From Trichoplax adhaerens (lineage: Eukaryota > Animalia > Placozoa): DNA of 64,000 bases. The first letter of the stretch is position 1. Every line of letters begins with the position of its first letter. The stretch covers positions 1,539,823 to 1,603,822 of the forward strand of contig NW_002060947.1 of the NCBI RefSeq assembly GCF_000150275.1, read 5' to 3'. Positions 1 to 14,940 of this stretch are shown here, piece after piece. The notes beneath the pieces are model-generated. The model was not told the DNA's origin. It saw only the letters and a program-made list of their open reading frames with translations, and made no database searches. Position numbers and translations under genes: made by a program.

Positions 1-3000
1 TATATTTCGTTTCGATTAATGAGATAAAAATTAAGTTTTAAAGTAACTGTTCGTTAACTCATATCTTATTTGAAATATAGATTAGGCACACGGTTCATAA
101 GAAAAGTCGAACATTGACAACAACTCTTCGTCGATTTGGCAACGATGCCGGCGATTAGCTGCCTATCTATTGCAACTTGAACGTATATGGATGCAACTTT
201 AGAGTTCATTTATTAAATTATGGAATTAGCTATAGCCGTAGAAAATTGTTTTAATGCTCTGTTATAAAAAATAATAATAATATAGGTAATTGTACCATCA
301 TAATAAATGTTAAATAAATAACTGACAAAAATTAGCGAAGTTCTAACCATATTTAAGAGTTTGCAAGCGGTCCTTATTATCCTTTTTCTTCATGCTACAC
401 TATTTACTGCTACTCTGAATAATACACTAGCATTATGCGAATTCAACAAAATTTAATCTAGTCTTTAACTTAGTCATATTAATTGTGATATATGACATTT
501 CTACCGTATTTTGTACTCATAACAAATACTCTTATCTCTAGAGCTCAAATTACTTAAGACGAACTCTTATTTTATATTATTCTCAATCAGTGATGCTGTT
601 TTGCTTTCAAGATACTTGCTAAGATACAGCTAACCTTTGTAATAAATCCAATGTTGTCTTGAAGATGCCTATGTTCATTTCCCTTACTACCATGCATTTC
701 AAATGATTCAGCCATGCGCACATATAAAACTAAAAACTAATATTTAAGAAATAAGGTGAAGTAAATATATGAGTCATGATATTGTTGCTGAAATAGTTCA
801 CTTCACTAAATGCAATCATACCCTTTTGACCTCTGCTCTCTTTGTGCAAATATTTTTCATTAAATGATAATTTCTGTATTACATTTAAAGAGTGCTTGAT
901 CTCGTCCTATCTCTATCACTTTAAAATTCAATTTTTATTACCCTGATAAATATAGCTAAAATCAAAATAATTCTTGATCTATGTAATACGATCATAACGT
1001 CTAAAATATCAAAATAACAATGTTGGCGAGTAAAGAGTGCAAATTATTGGATTATTATTTACGCTGTACAAAACCAAATTGAGACTATCTAGTTTATGAG
1101 TAGGTAATGATAATACAGTCTATATTTGGATCTATTAAACCATAGTAAATTAAACAATTTTTCTCACAGCATGAATAGCATTCCAGGGAATGTCGGTGAG
1201 AGCACAATATGTTATTTACGATAATTTGCTATGTTTATGGCAATCACTATTTGCGTCATCGTTACCGACTGCCCCACTACCAACTTTGGCATAGAAAAGT
1301 TTTTTAGCCATTAATATTATAATTTAATATTCTGCATATTAATAACTCAATTATTCTATTACTGAATAGCGTTACAGCGGTACAGTTCCACCTTAAAGGA
1401 AATAAATCATGAGATCAATTATAGAGATTACAAATTTCACAGGCATATTCAATGCTTTAATACTGGCTGACCTTCCTCGCTAGTCAATAGACTCAAAATA
1501 GCTAGGGAATTCTATTTAGCAAAGCCGATAGCATGTAAGACTTTGAACTCCGTAACTGGAATAATAATAGTTGTTGATTTCTGATAACTTTCATACAGAA
1601 TACAAATCGGAAGCGTAACTGTTCTTTCTACCAGTTTTTACCATATAGAAATTCTTCGTGAATACAGCAGAATAATATGGACAGAGTCAAATAGTTAATC
1701 ATCTTGTTTACGAAATAGGTAATTAATTTGATTTTTTATTCATATTTACTATGACATAGTATAATACTGCAACTACTTGTACTTGATAGACTATTCATAT
1801 ACTCTATAAACTCCATCCGTGGATATTTATGTATGAATGTATAGGCGAATAATGTGAGTACATCTTTATGCATTCTAAATATACATACGTAAATACATCA
1901 ATATATATGCGTATCAATATATTTTTATAACTATATATCGGCACATCTTGGAAATTTGTTATTCAATTAAAAAAAAATTTTTTATTTAGTGGTATAATCA
2001 TCTAGTTGAAAAAGTAAACCTTGCTTCAGTCATGTCTGGTAATTAATAGGTGTTAATATTAGTTGAAGATACTACTTTTCCCATGATCCATTTTTCATTT
2101 GGCCGTTAACTAAATAACTCAGCGTAGTTTATTCAATACCATCACAAAAAAACAGTCCAACTGTCGATAGGGTGTTTATTACTCAAGGGATGTTTGTATT
2201 GTTAATTTTATTTATGATTAGATACCAAGTTATGCTGTATGGGGCCATCAAATGTTCGAATTGTTTTAATTTAAAGTTGTGTATCAAGATACCATTAAAG
2301 TTAGGGAACAAAGTTTACTAAAAATGGTGAAAATTGAATCTAAAGAATCATTTTGTAGTGATTGTAAACCTAAATACTTCTAAGACATGTTATTCATATT
2401 GGAATAATTTTACCCTTCCTTCTAGCTAACGTAGCATACTTTATTGAATATTCATGTCGCACAAGAGTCTTATTGTCATGAAACCCCCATAGTAACTCGT
2501 TCATTATCTTGCGCTATTATTGTCGCTCCTACTCCCGTTTAGTAAGTAAAATCTTATTGATTGCTATACAAATCAAAAGAATGATCCTTGAATACTACTT
2601 TATTGCTATACTATTTTCCCTCATCATCGATAAACTATTGCTATTGATGATGGATAGTGCAGTACTGACAGTCTCCAATCTCCATCCATCATCTACAAAT
2701 GTTGTTTATAAAATTTTATGACCGATAGGTTAACTCCAGCGCGTGATAATCCTATTTATTTAATTTATTCTAAAATGATGAACTCAAAAATCACCTTGAT
2801 CAAGATCGAGGAAAATAACATCGCAATATTGTACTCATCGACTGATATTTGAATAGGACGCTATTGTTGAATCAACCTTTGACGTAGGCTCTGATCAATA
2901 TTCACACCCCTCAGCTCCTCCTCTCTACTAACACCAGTCTGTATCCATTTGCGCATATATTAATCGGTCATTATGTTCATTTTCTTCAGACGAAAGCATC

Positions 3001-6000
3001 CTAATTATGTTCATCTCAATTGATCTTGCATGCGTAACCTTAACCTATGAAAGAAGTAATCCTAAGTTCTAGCATGGGCCTTGTGTTTTTGTTTCCTTGT
3101 TGGCTTTTCTCAAGTTATGCCATCATCCTATCGCTACTTGGACAACTTTATAACCTTTTTAATCTTTTCTCTTATTCTACAGCGGTGATAACATGTTGCA
3201 TAATGTCAGCTACAAAAGGCGAAAGGAATAAACAGAATGTTTTCGTTTTATACTTTTACGCTAAATAATAACCAGTTAGGATATAAAAGCTTATAAAATA
3301 TTAGTCATCCATACAGCACTTAGACCATGCTTGAAATCAATTTTTTTAAGCTGCAATCGAGTCACTCTGTTTTCAGTCAAAAGCACCCAGAAGAGTGCTT
3401 TTGATTAGCAGCGAATTAGATCAGACAATATTCTTTTGTCCATGGCATACATTTGTGGATGCATGCTTATTAGCTGATACTGATGCATACAGTAACTTTA
3501 AATAATCATCTTTTGACTCCAGAATAACCCCTTATGCATGCATATTTACCGAAAGTGATTGATCCAATTTTCTTAGTGATTCAATGAAGAAGCGATCAAG
3601 GGACGAAAAAGTTCTACATGTATTCATGGGTAAATAACTATTCCGTAGCAATGCTAGTAAACTTTGATAGGATACTGTAGATAACTAAATAGATAGAATT
3701 AATTGCGTAAACTTTGGATAAATTTCCTTGGTCTCGCTATCCCACACTACCGTAATACTACGCTTTTTTACAAGGTTAACTACATCAGTTAAGAAGGACT
3801 TTATTCTTCTAATTTATGCTTATGATTGGCTATAAAATCATGATTCAAACATGATATACATGAAACTATCAATTTCGCTTATTCTAAATATCACTACATA
3901 CGCACCATTTCCATATCAAAATTATATCGGTTTAAGCATTGCAATAATTACTCTATTAAAAGAGACAAACTGACCTAATTTACCTTGTTTACGCTATAGA
4001 ACTGAAAAGCTGTTTTTATCTTGTTTATTGTTGGTAAATTATTTTCTTAACAGAATTATTGAAAGCTAATAAATATTAAAAAAATGACCGCTTTTCTAGC
4101 CGTTTATTCATTTATTTTGCTCTAGTCCAGTTAATCTCGATTTCTGAAGATATTCCTATCCAACGTTTCTTACTATCAAATAATTGCAATATTGTATAAT
4201 AAAATTAGAGACTGGCTAATTCTATCCATTGGCCAATATTCCAATCAGCGACAGTAGTACTCTTACATTTTTCTATATGCATTGCCCATAGTATGCACAG
4301 TAACACTGTATTGAACGAAAAATTATTCAACGGCAAATCAAAGAATATTGTTATATACTGTATATCAAGAGTATGAAATAGTAATTATAAAAATAGGAAC
4401 TCTTTTATCATTGCAGACTTTTAGGTCGGAGACTTCTTTTTTAATGATTCAGCGACATACTTATATCTCTGTTGCGCGCCATGATTGAGCTAAAATCATC
4501 ATTTCTGACCTTTACGCGGTACGCATTAAGTTCATAACGGTCAGGGCCGAAAGTAAATTTGCATCGAAATTAAAATATATCTCATAATATACAGTCATTT
4601 CTGGGCAATATCATAAGACTTACTGTAATTCTTTTACTATCTCAAATTATCTTCAATATCGTATACGTCATATAATCAATTCCAAGTTAAGAAATTAATT
4701 TAGACGTCGACTAAAATGTTCAAGCCATTTAGCCTTTAAGCAAATAAAGTTGCAGCGTGCTACAAACTCCTTGATTTTATTTGAATAGAATAGCTCCTAA
4801 CGCTAATAGGAAGAATGCGCTAAATTTTTTTATAGTCCTCGGCCATGGAAGAAATGTAAAATAACCAACTCGTCCAGATTTTTAAAGTTATTCTTACATA
4901 CCAATGTTCCTATGTCTCGGTATTATCGTAGTCGAGTTAAGGGTGTTTTCAAATTAGAAATTGATAGAATAAATTGACACCTCGAAAGCGCAGTTATTAA
5001 CTTGTCTAAATACATACCGTATACAAGCTATCTTTTTCCTCTTTATTATGATCAAATTTCACACCAAACTCATTAATGCTAACGCTTACTGATTGTTAAA
5101 ATTATGTTGTAATATTAGCTTTTTCACGCTAGCCGTTCAATTAGATCGCTCAAGAGTAGTAAGAAAATTTAAGAAATGAATATCAATCTATCAAAGATAT
5201 CTTCATTTTCTTGTATATAAGCGAGCATTGCAATTGAGCAATTATTCCATATTGTGGATCTTTATGCATTGCTATAAACAGGTTCTATTAATAATATTCA
5301 ATGTAGATGATCAATGTTAGTAAAAGCAGCTAGCGTTTCTGCAGCGCAGTAACATAAAAGTTAGAATGAAATCTTACAAGGTAGAAATACAAATAGATAG
5401 GTAACTTTAACGACCTTATGGGCTATTTTGCTCTATATTGCTTTAATATCATCCTTGATTAAGCTATCCTTTAATACTATAGACTAGTTTACTATATTAA
5501 AGGTCATCAACTTAAGGTTACTACCCACATTGTTAAAAAAGTACAGTATTCTAAGATCATTTCAGTTTTAGATAAGATGAATTCCAGCTTACTATTTCAA
5601 CTATTATGAATATATCATTCCGATATTTTATAGTTTAAGTAACAAATAAATTGCTACCATTCTCTATGCTAGTAATGGCTGTATTGGAGTTTTATAATTA
5701 TCTATTGATTGAATAAAATTGTTCGTTGCCGAAATCTACTTTTAAAGAAAGTCAGAGATCTTCTATAAATGCGCTAGCAATGTCCGTTGTCACATTAGAA
5801 TGCGGATCGTAAATAGACGGCTCTTGAATGGATATACACTGTTGTTCTACAATTTGTTATATCTAGTGGTTGCTGAGCAAGAGCTTGGTACACCTAGCGA
5901 TATTTTTTAGTTGTTTGCTTGGTCGTAAAAGGATTGAAGGAAAAACCCCTTAGTGGCCTGAAGTGAAAAAGCACAAAGGCTTCTCCGCTGATTTTATTCT

Positions 6001-7252
6001 TTAATTACAATTTTCATATTACTATAGAAAGCTGTATGATATAGTGATTTAACGGTTCAATTCTTGCTATCTTAATTAATTGAACGCTACTATGCGATAT
6101 TGATTTTTATTAACTGTATCATCATTAAGGCAATTGAACTTTCTATTCCATTAACGTCAAAAATTAGCTTGAAAATGTTGATTGTCCAGGAAAAAAATTA
6201 ATTGATATTACATTTTAGATCATTTTTTTCCGATTAGTCTTTGACTGTTTTTGTGGGGTTATTCAATCGCTACTTTACTTGTTACTAAGCCGTTAAAGCT
6301 AATTTTTTAATGTAATTTTCCATGAGAAAACTTATAGTGCAAGAGTAGTAAAAGAAGTCATTTTCAATATTAAACATGCTAAAAAGTCGCATTAATTCAG
6401 GGCATTTTCTTTTCTTTCAAACATGACTGTTTATTGAAGTTGTAAATACGGAATTGAAATAATTATATCCTCTGTACATTAAGATATAAAGTACAAGATA
6501 AAACAAGAATTGCTTCCTCTAAAATTGCTGGTAGCCAGATAGTGGTAGGCAGAAAAGAATAGGCCAAACACTCAAGTTAAAGTAGCGCACTCTTATGGTT
6601 ATATATTGAGAATTCGAACCTATTCTGTTAGCAATCGTATTCATCGTCCTATTCCAGTAGATTAAGACAGAGTAAATCATGAAATATTTTCTTCAGCATT
6701 TATATTATTTCACTTAGTGTTCATTACAATAGAAAATGAAATCGGTTGAGCAACACTGTAAAGACCGAAGCAGCAGACGATATAAATACAGCTCTCTATT
6801 ATATGTACGATATATTTTGACGATAAATCATTCAACTTTAAATTGAACCTAATTGTCTATATTTCTCACTTTTGACAGATTAAAAAGTGTCCGGCAGACA
6901 TACGCGTATATATATATGTATAGATATGTACATTAATTAGTTAAGAGATTTTATCTTGATGGATAAAGTGAAAGGAATAAGAAAAAAATTGTAACTAAAT
7001 CGACCTAAGTATTTGTAAGATATTTGTATATGATTACTGTAATATTGAGTAAAAACAAAATCATTAGACGATATTTACGAGCGCAAACTGACCCAGCAAT
7101 GATAAATGAATTTACTTAGTAATACTAACAGTATTATTTGATAGTCATTGCTGCTTAACTTGACGCCTAAATTATTAAAAACACCCTACGTAAAATTTTA
7201 AACAATTATTAAAAGATTTTGCACTTAGATATCTTTCTGTCATATATTCTAC

Positions 7253-7280
7253 ATATATACTATATATATATATATATATA
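7253..7280. repeat. (TA)n microsatellite in the presumptive Fezf 3' UTR
   Basis: atatatactatatatatatatatatata lies about 70 bp past the stop codon. Confidence 0.8.
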
Positions 7281-7348
7281 CTGTGTATCTATGTGTGCAA
7301 TTGAGTATAATTTCCATTTTAGATTATTGAAATCAAGCTTATGATTTT

Positions 7349-9449
7349 TTAGTGGACTTCCTTTGCTACTGAATGAGTAACATCATCCTGTGGACTATTT
7401 TTGATTAATTCGGCATACGCTTGCTTGGAATGGACTTTGCGAACATGCTTACGCAAATCGAAATTACGGCAAAATCCACGGCCACAAACTTGACAATTGA
7501 ATGGCTTAACATCGCTGTGTGTATGCATATGAAAGGTTAAGCTGTACATTTGATGGAAAGCCTTATTGCACATGGTACACTTATAGGGTTTACTGCCACT
7601 ATGAGTTAACATGTGATTTTTATAATTGCCTTTTTGATGGAATCCTTTCTTGCATATGTGGCACTGAAATGGTTTATATCCTGTATGGATGCGCATATGC
7701 GTTTTTAATGTTGATGATCGATTGAATGACTTATTGCAGACATTGCACTTGAATGGCTTGTCTGTTGTGTGAATGATTTTATGCCTGCATAATGTACTTG
7801 CTTGGCGGAATCCTTTACCGCACACCTTGCAAACAAATGGTCGCTCTCCGGTATGGACTGGCAAGTGACGAACTAAATTGTAGTGGGCATTGAAGCGACG
7901 ATTGCAATATTTGCATACATGAACTTTATTCGAGTTCTGGTTGTTGCTTGTACCATCATCAGGGCTATCTTGATGATTCGAGCTACATTTTACGACTGTT
8001 GATTGCTGAAGAGTGGGATTCGATACGATAGGCTGGAGTTGCTGTGCTTGGTGCTGTTGTTGTATTGTCGGCGTTTGCGGTACATAGTAGTTATTGTAAA
8101 AGTATGGTCGTGGAAATAGAGTTAGATAGGGGAGCATTGGAGGCGATGGAGCAGCCGTTGGGAAAATTGTATGAGGTTGGCGATAATTTACTGTTGGTGG
8201 CTGGCATTGCTGGCTTAAAATTTCCGGCCCAAGAATATTAACAACATGAAAACCGGTACCAGGACTAACCGGTGTGGCTGGGCTCATAGCTGGACTGCTT
8301 TCTGATGAAACATCGGTCTCGGAGCATTCACTATTAGCCACATGATGATCTTTAAAATTGAAATAATCAACTTTAGCTATGTCAAGAGATAGTCCACATT
8401 TCCATTATAATACAATTATATTATATCATCTTAATATCTATTATCTTTTTCTAGGAAATTATCAAGTTCATCTCTATTTCAATATATTACGAAGGCCGTG
8501 CGATATGAATATATTTATTTTATTCTTAAATTCTATTCTATTTTATCGCTTCTTTTTAAGTTTCCATGCCTTTATACTAATATACAGAAATGCACTGTAA
8601 TTATTAAAAGAATTAGATAGGATAGCAGGGTGCAGGTAGAAATGCATATTTTTTATGCTATAGATAATAAAATATAAAGGTATGTTATATAGCAGGAAAG
8701 AAATTCTATTAATTGTTGTTCTGCTTTTCTGGTTTTGTTGAATGCATAAATTCTATCACCTCTTCCTTTAAAATTAATCAATTTGACTCGTTGCCATTAA
8801 AGTTATACTATTTTTAGTGTCAATGCATCTTGTTCTATTATCTAATAGGTTATAATTGTCTATACCCGTTCAAACACCATATGATCATTTTGATGCCATC
8901 AAAAAGAAAATATATATTGTCTGCAGAGGAAATTACTAGGCTAAGCTTTCTGCTCGCTTAAAAGACAGTGCAACAACATTAAAGATTATTATAAATTAAA
9001 TTTTATAAAATCGAAACTTATATAATTATAGTCTCTTTAAAACTAAGGACTCGAAAAATATCATGATTAAAAAAGCGAAATAGTGAGAAATTTTTTAATA
9101 AACACCATTCTAATGGCATGAGATGATACCAATAGCAAATAATGAGCTTATCACGATCTGAATTGCGTAAGAGTTCAATACAAAACGTTTTAAGGCAATC
9201 TGTGTTAATAAGTATATTTAGCTAGTATATCTCATTTATCCGTATTAATGCCAAAGATATTAAGAAGATGAGTATGCTGAAATAGGAGTTATGCATAAGT
9301 TGATAGAAAAGAAGCAGAATCATGCTATTTTTCATTAGGGCTAATCATATAATTCATTAAATTCATATACTGAAATATACAGTATACTTATAAATATATT
9401 CATTACCTTTTTCGGCTTTCGTTTTGCGGACTAAGAATGATTTAGGCAT
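7349..9449 (-). CDS. Fezf: Fez-family (Fezf/earmuff) C2H2 zinc-finger transcription factor with N-terminal SNAG peptide and eh1-like motif; 2 coding exons (9449-9407, 8349-7349), about 347 aa
   Basis: Six fingers with diagnostic Fez sequence ([62 protein letters not shown]). Exon 1 reads ATG CCT AAA TCA TTC TTA GTC CGC AAA ACG AAA GCC GAA AAA G|gtaatg and joins in phase 1 to ttttaaag|AT CAT CAT GTG GCT, which continues into the 330 aa ORF. FHVVNIL fits eh1 (F-x-[IV]-x-x-I-L). Confidence 0.95.
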
Positions 9450-12400
9450 GATGGAATAAGGAGAGAAATGTCTTGAAAAGGCTTGCTGCTGTTCTATCTT
9501 TGTACACATATATGTACCTAGCTACTTTAATATGTAAACTACTTGGTTTTATAACTACCGCAGTTATTTCAACTTCGTATGATATTTTTATTCCACGCCA
9601 CCGTTGGAATGAGATTGCAAATAGTTCAAATGTAGGAATGGAGAGGATTAGTTAGTATATGGGTAAGCTAAGATTCCAAATTGGATAAAATTATTTGCAG
9701 TTGAGAGATGAGACAAATCTGCATATATGCCTCTCTATATAAATGTATATTTATATATATATGTGAATAGTAGTTGGAGGATTTAAAGTAAAAAAGGGAT
9801 GGAGAGCAAAAATGTAGTCCTTGTTATTGATGTATAGCGCTATAGCTTAAATTGGTCAGGTTGAATGATTGTAAGCAGAGGTATGTGTAACTTGGATGGA
9901 GCAAACTGCAAAACTGATTGTGCCCACCCCTTTGCTCTGAGCTTTATTACTAGCTTGTGTTATTAGTTATGAATGAGAAAAGAAAAGGTAAATTGTGAAC
10001 CATAAACAATTGTAATATATGGTAAGATACAATGCAACAAATCAGCAGGCTCAGTTCACAATCGATTCAAAATTTTAATTTCAACAATATCCGCCTCGGT
10101 ACTATTATAATCAAATAATATTACACAGTTATACTTGATGTCTATGAACTGGCGGATAAAATAAAGATAGTGGTAATGCAGCTTTAGTAATGGCAGTATA
10201 AATTAATGAATGAATTTGCTTTTACGTAAAACGATAAAACAAAAGAGAAATGAGCACTTAAAAGAAAAAAGGTGGGTAAGATGAAAAAGATGGAACGTCT
10301 CCTTTTTTAGCCTGAACTTGAGTAAAAAAGGGTCATTTTTTTTTTATCATTTGTAATCCCTACATATCCTAATTTGATCATATTGAGTAGAATATATTCA
10401 AATATTTTTAAGGGAGGAGGAAAAGGTCAAAATGACGATATCTTGAATATAATGCAATATGAACTATCATTATTATGATTATTTATTGTAATGCAAAGGA
10501 TGGGGGCAAAAAAATTGATTAGTAATTAATAATACAGTTAAAATTTGAAAAGAAGGAAAATAAAATAACATCTAAATAGCTCCATTTGAACCCATCTTAG
10601 TCTAGTATGAGCTATAGCTTTGACCGAAAGTCGCATATTTTATTTCTTGATCAAACTTATTATGATATACAACGTACGTTTACTCCGTCCGATATAATTG
10701 ATTTGATTGATTGATATGGCCTTTTTAAAGTTTAAACTAATGATAGACTCGGCTATTGTCAAGTAATAGGTGTTTATCTGGTTGCCTATCAACAAAAATG
10801 GTCGTTAAGGCAATCTAGACTTATTAGGAATTCCTCAAATTTGAACTTTTATCTGTTTAGAAAAGGTCCAAGTCATGACGATCATTCTAATTTTTATCTG
10901 TAAATTGATTGAAAAACTTCCCTGCTATTCTGCTATGTCAAATTAAAATAAACTGAATGCAATCAATATACCATCCATTGCTGCCCAAGATTGATAACCT
11001 GATTTGCCTTGGTGAGATACCATTTCCTATTTTGGTAACACTTTAGCGTTGTCACGGTGACCAATAAATTGTTATGGTCAGTTTATCTCGTTGCTACATA
11101 ACGATTCTTTACAAATAACCTCCAAAGGTCTATCATAAGATAATGCGTTACCGTTAGTGTGCGATACGATTGTTCTACTAATTATTTATTTCATTTTATC
11201 ATTGTATTGGATAGAGAAAATATGATGGCTTAGTGTACTCAAGGTAGAAAAAATTAATCCATAATGTTAGACCTGTAAATGTGCAATAATGAGATTCAAG
11301 CAATTGAAAAGGTTAAAGGTAAAGACGTGGAATAGCAGTAGTATCATCACATAGAACAATTACGAATATGAACAACAATATTTCTATTTTTCCCTTCTAG
11401 AACCAAGTTCATTGTCTTTTGTTCATTTTTAGCACTATTTTAATACAGTCTGCAAATGGCCCACATACTATCGATCACACCATTACACTATGCAATCAAC
11501 TGTAAACGTGTTCCATAGAATTCAGATCAAACTCAATAGTCATGTCCGCAAAATAATAACCGAGTCTACAGGTTTTTATTTATGTCTACTAATGGCATTG
11601 GTATAATTGCCAACATAATACGACTACGATGCTAGCTTAAATTCATATCGATTCACTTTTAACATTTCCTCTAAAAATGATCTAACATGAAAGATTGATT
11701 CGCTTCGACCCGACTATTATACCTGAATGGACTAAAAGGATAAGTAATTCTTCTAGGATAACGGATACCAGCCTACTTATTCAATACGATCATCTCATTG
11801 ACTTCTGTCTTACTGCATTTACTATGCGTAGTTTATTGATCATCATATGCCAATGATGGCCTATTTTTCATCATTGATATCTATCTTGTTCGTTATATAT
11901 ATACATCGATCAAATCGATATAGATGTTATAATTTGCTAGAATATCGTATAATCAAGTTGTCTGAACGTCATGGAATAAGTTAATTGTTAATAAGATATT
12001 GCATGTTGCATTATTTTATTTTTTTCTTTATGTATATTCTGTATAAATTATTTCAAGGTACAATGTTGTTTATGACAAAAATACATACCGTCGATGCAAT
12101 AGGCTAAATAGCCGTTTTTCTTGTCAACAATATTTATTACCTTAGCACTATATTGTAAAATCTATAGTGCATCTTCAATTCTCGTGACTTTCTACCAATC
12201 TAGAAGTAATTATAATGAGCTAACAATAGCTGCATGATGATATTAATAATAATTATCCGCATCACCATAATAATTAATGTTCAAAATCGGAGTGGTCAAT
12301 CATCGGGTCATAGCTAAGTTGATGATTCATTAAAGAATAAGTGATATTGAATAAATTTAGCTAGTAGAGGTAATAGATCAATAAAAGGGGTATGCTGATG

Positions 12401-14487
12401 ACTAATGATCGAGGTAGTCATGAGGTATGAGCTATTGTAAATCATTAAGGAGGTAAGTTGAACTTCAAATATTGATTGCAGCTCGGCTAAAAGAGCGGGT
12501 GTGAGAGGTGAAAGAAAACAAGAATGTACGGAACTTACCGATAGACGTCACCATGCATTTATAAATTAAGATTAATTATAAATGAAATAGCCTCAAATTT
12601 AACAGTCAAGTTATACTATTGATCTTATGACTTACAGAGGCTATCATTTTCTAGGTATAATTCGTAAGGACTAATTCTTTGACAAAGAATGACCATTATT
12701 GGACTACAACTTGGGTGCATGTTATTTAATGTTCAAAGCTTATATTTATTTAACGTAACTTTATAAATGCAAAGTATGGTATACCAGTTGTAAGATCGAA
12801 ATAAAGGGGTAAATGGTCTACTGCAATAGTCTAGTGGTGATGTAATATGCAATTTCGATACTTTACAAGATAGTACTAACCTCTACATACAGCTTTGACC
12901 TATCTTGAAATCGAAGAATTCAAGCTATTGAATAACCTACGAGCTTCTTAATAAGATCAAATTAGAACAAGCATAAAAACCATATTTTTTCGATCAATGC
13001 AGTCTGATTGAATCCATCTATCTGCAGGAGAATGAACATTTGATGGTTACTCTCTTTCTAATCAGTAACATGCACTGATTTGAGTTGCTATACCTATATC
13101 AATATCTGCAAGTGGACAAAGTAATGGTTTAAAATGTTATGTTATAGTGGAGGATAATTATGATCCTTGAGATCTACTGTTGAATAGTGAACGACTTTTA
13201 TCTTAAATAATTTTGTACCCTATGTAGTATGATCAGTTTGAAAAGAAATAAACATTCTCAGTTGAACAAAACAGCTACAATAAAACAGTATATTGTAGAA
13301 CTATAGAAAAATAATCTTCCAAAGTAGGGCAGTAAGGAATGCTAAATTATTATTCTAATAGTTGTTAGCTAAAACTATGTGTAGAGGCTACGAATGAATG
13401 ATTTTAGTTGCAATTCAAACTTGCTTATTTCACCTGATAATGAGATAGGAAAAAGTCGATTTAGTATTGATCTCGATACACTATCTTAGCGATAAATACC
13501 TCCATAAATCATTTAATATCCTCTCCAGTTTTACTTGCATCTACTTTCGATAAAGATACGTTATAAGATTCAAAGATTGAATCATCAGCATGCTCTATGA
13601 TTACATTAATATTATAATAAGCGACAAGTTGAGCGCACTATTTGCTATAGACTAATAGATTGTATTAACATTAATTACAATAATTCTGCTTTATATTCTA
13701 GAATTGGAATTGTAGTGTGAAATCTAAAATTAAATTTATACCTATAAATAAAGTAAGGCATCAATAATACATCTTGCAATGGTATTTCGTTTAGATCTTA
13801 ATTGAAAATTGAACGACGAGCACTATTTCTGGGTTAACTATTTGGATCTTCTATTTTTCTAAATCATTTCCGAATCTGCTGTAATAACTTCTTTGTAAGT
13901 ATCTATTGTATTTTCTTGTATAGACTTATTTTCTGGATATGGTATAAATTATCGTTGCTTCTAATCCGAAAATATTTTCATAGTCTTTTTTCCGTAGCTA
14001 AGGACCGCCGATATTATAACTAGTCTTATTGATAGGCAGTGCAGATGCAGCTGCATGCACATTTTGAGATGTTATTGACCGAAATTCAAAAGAACAACTT
14101 GAAATATTGAATTAAAATTAAAAGTCCACACTATAGATGATCTCTAGTTCTCGCCATCTACAGAATGTGTTTTGAAGATAATTTGCAGATTTTATTATTT
14201 GGTTGCCAATGCAACGGATATTTTTTTCATTTATCCAGAAGTTTCATTTCCAGGAATATGTTAATTTAATTTGTAGTTGAAACAGTTGACTGAACGACAA
14301 TAGGGATGAAGTTTATTCTTTTTTCCAACCTCTTCTGTTAGCAAACTAATTCTAATTGTACCTCCATCATTATTCATCGTCGTCACGAAATATTATCTAA
14401 GCTTTATGGCTATTAAGCTGGCCTTTCTAACGCATCGCTAGATGCAATTTCACTTTTATCTTATTACTAAATAATAGGAACTTTACT

Positions 14488-14940
14488 ATATAGAGCTAAC
14501 CCTTTCCAACCTATCGTACTATTCCTTATTCTACTAATGTACGTGGATAGATTGCCTTGAACTGAAATTCAAGAGGATATAGTGCTATCCTTTCCAATCT
14601 CTATTGTAATATTCCTTATTTCACTAGTGTATATGGATTAATTAAGACGATCTGAAAGGTCAATTAGATATGGAGCTAATCTTTCCTATTTCGATCGTAT
14701 TATTTTTTATTCTACAAGTGTACATGGATAGATTGTGTCGATCTGAAAGTAAATAGGATATAGAGCTAACATTTCTCAATCTTCATCGTATTATTCCTAA
14801 TGCTACTAGTGTACATGGATAGATTGAGTCTATCTGAAAGTAAATAGGATATAAAGCTAACCTTTCTCGCCCCTATCGTATTATTCCCTATTCTACTAGT
14901 GTACAAGGATAGATTGAATCGATCTGAAAGTAAATAAGAT
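14488..14940. repeat. Tandem array, about 90 bp unit, about 5 diverged copies
   Basis: gatatagagctaac...tatcgtattattcc.tattctactagtgtacatggatagattg...ctgaaagtaaatag recurs at about 14488, 14576, 14667, 14757 and 14848. Confidence 0.9.

Noticed and set aside
2760-3045. Exon-like minus-strand segment with a frameshift and stops
   Set aside because: No identifiable homology and no partner exons found.
6600-6625. Pol III B-box-like GGTTCGAATTC on the minus strand
   Set aside because: No A-box or cloverleaf; not a supportable tRNA or SINE.
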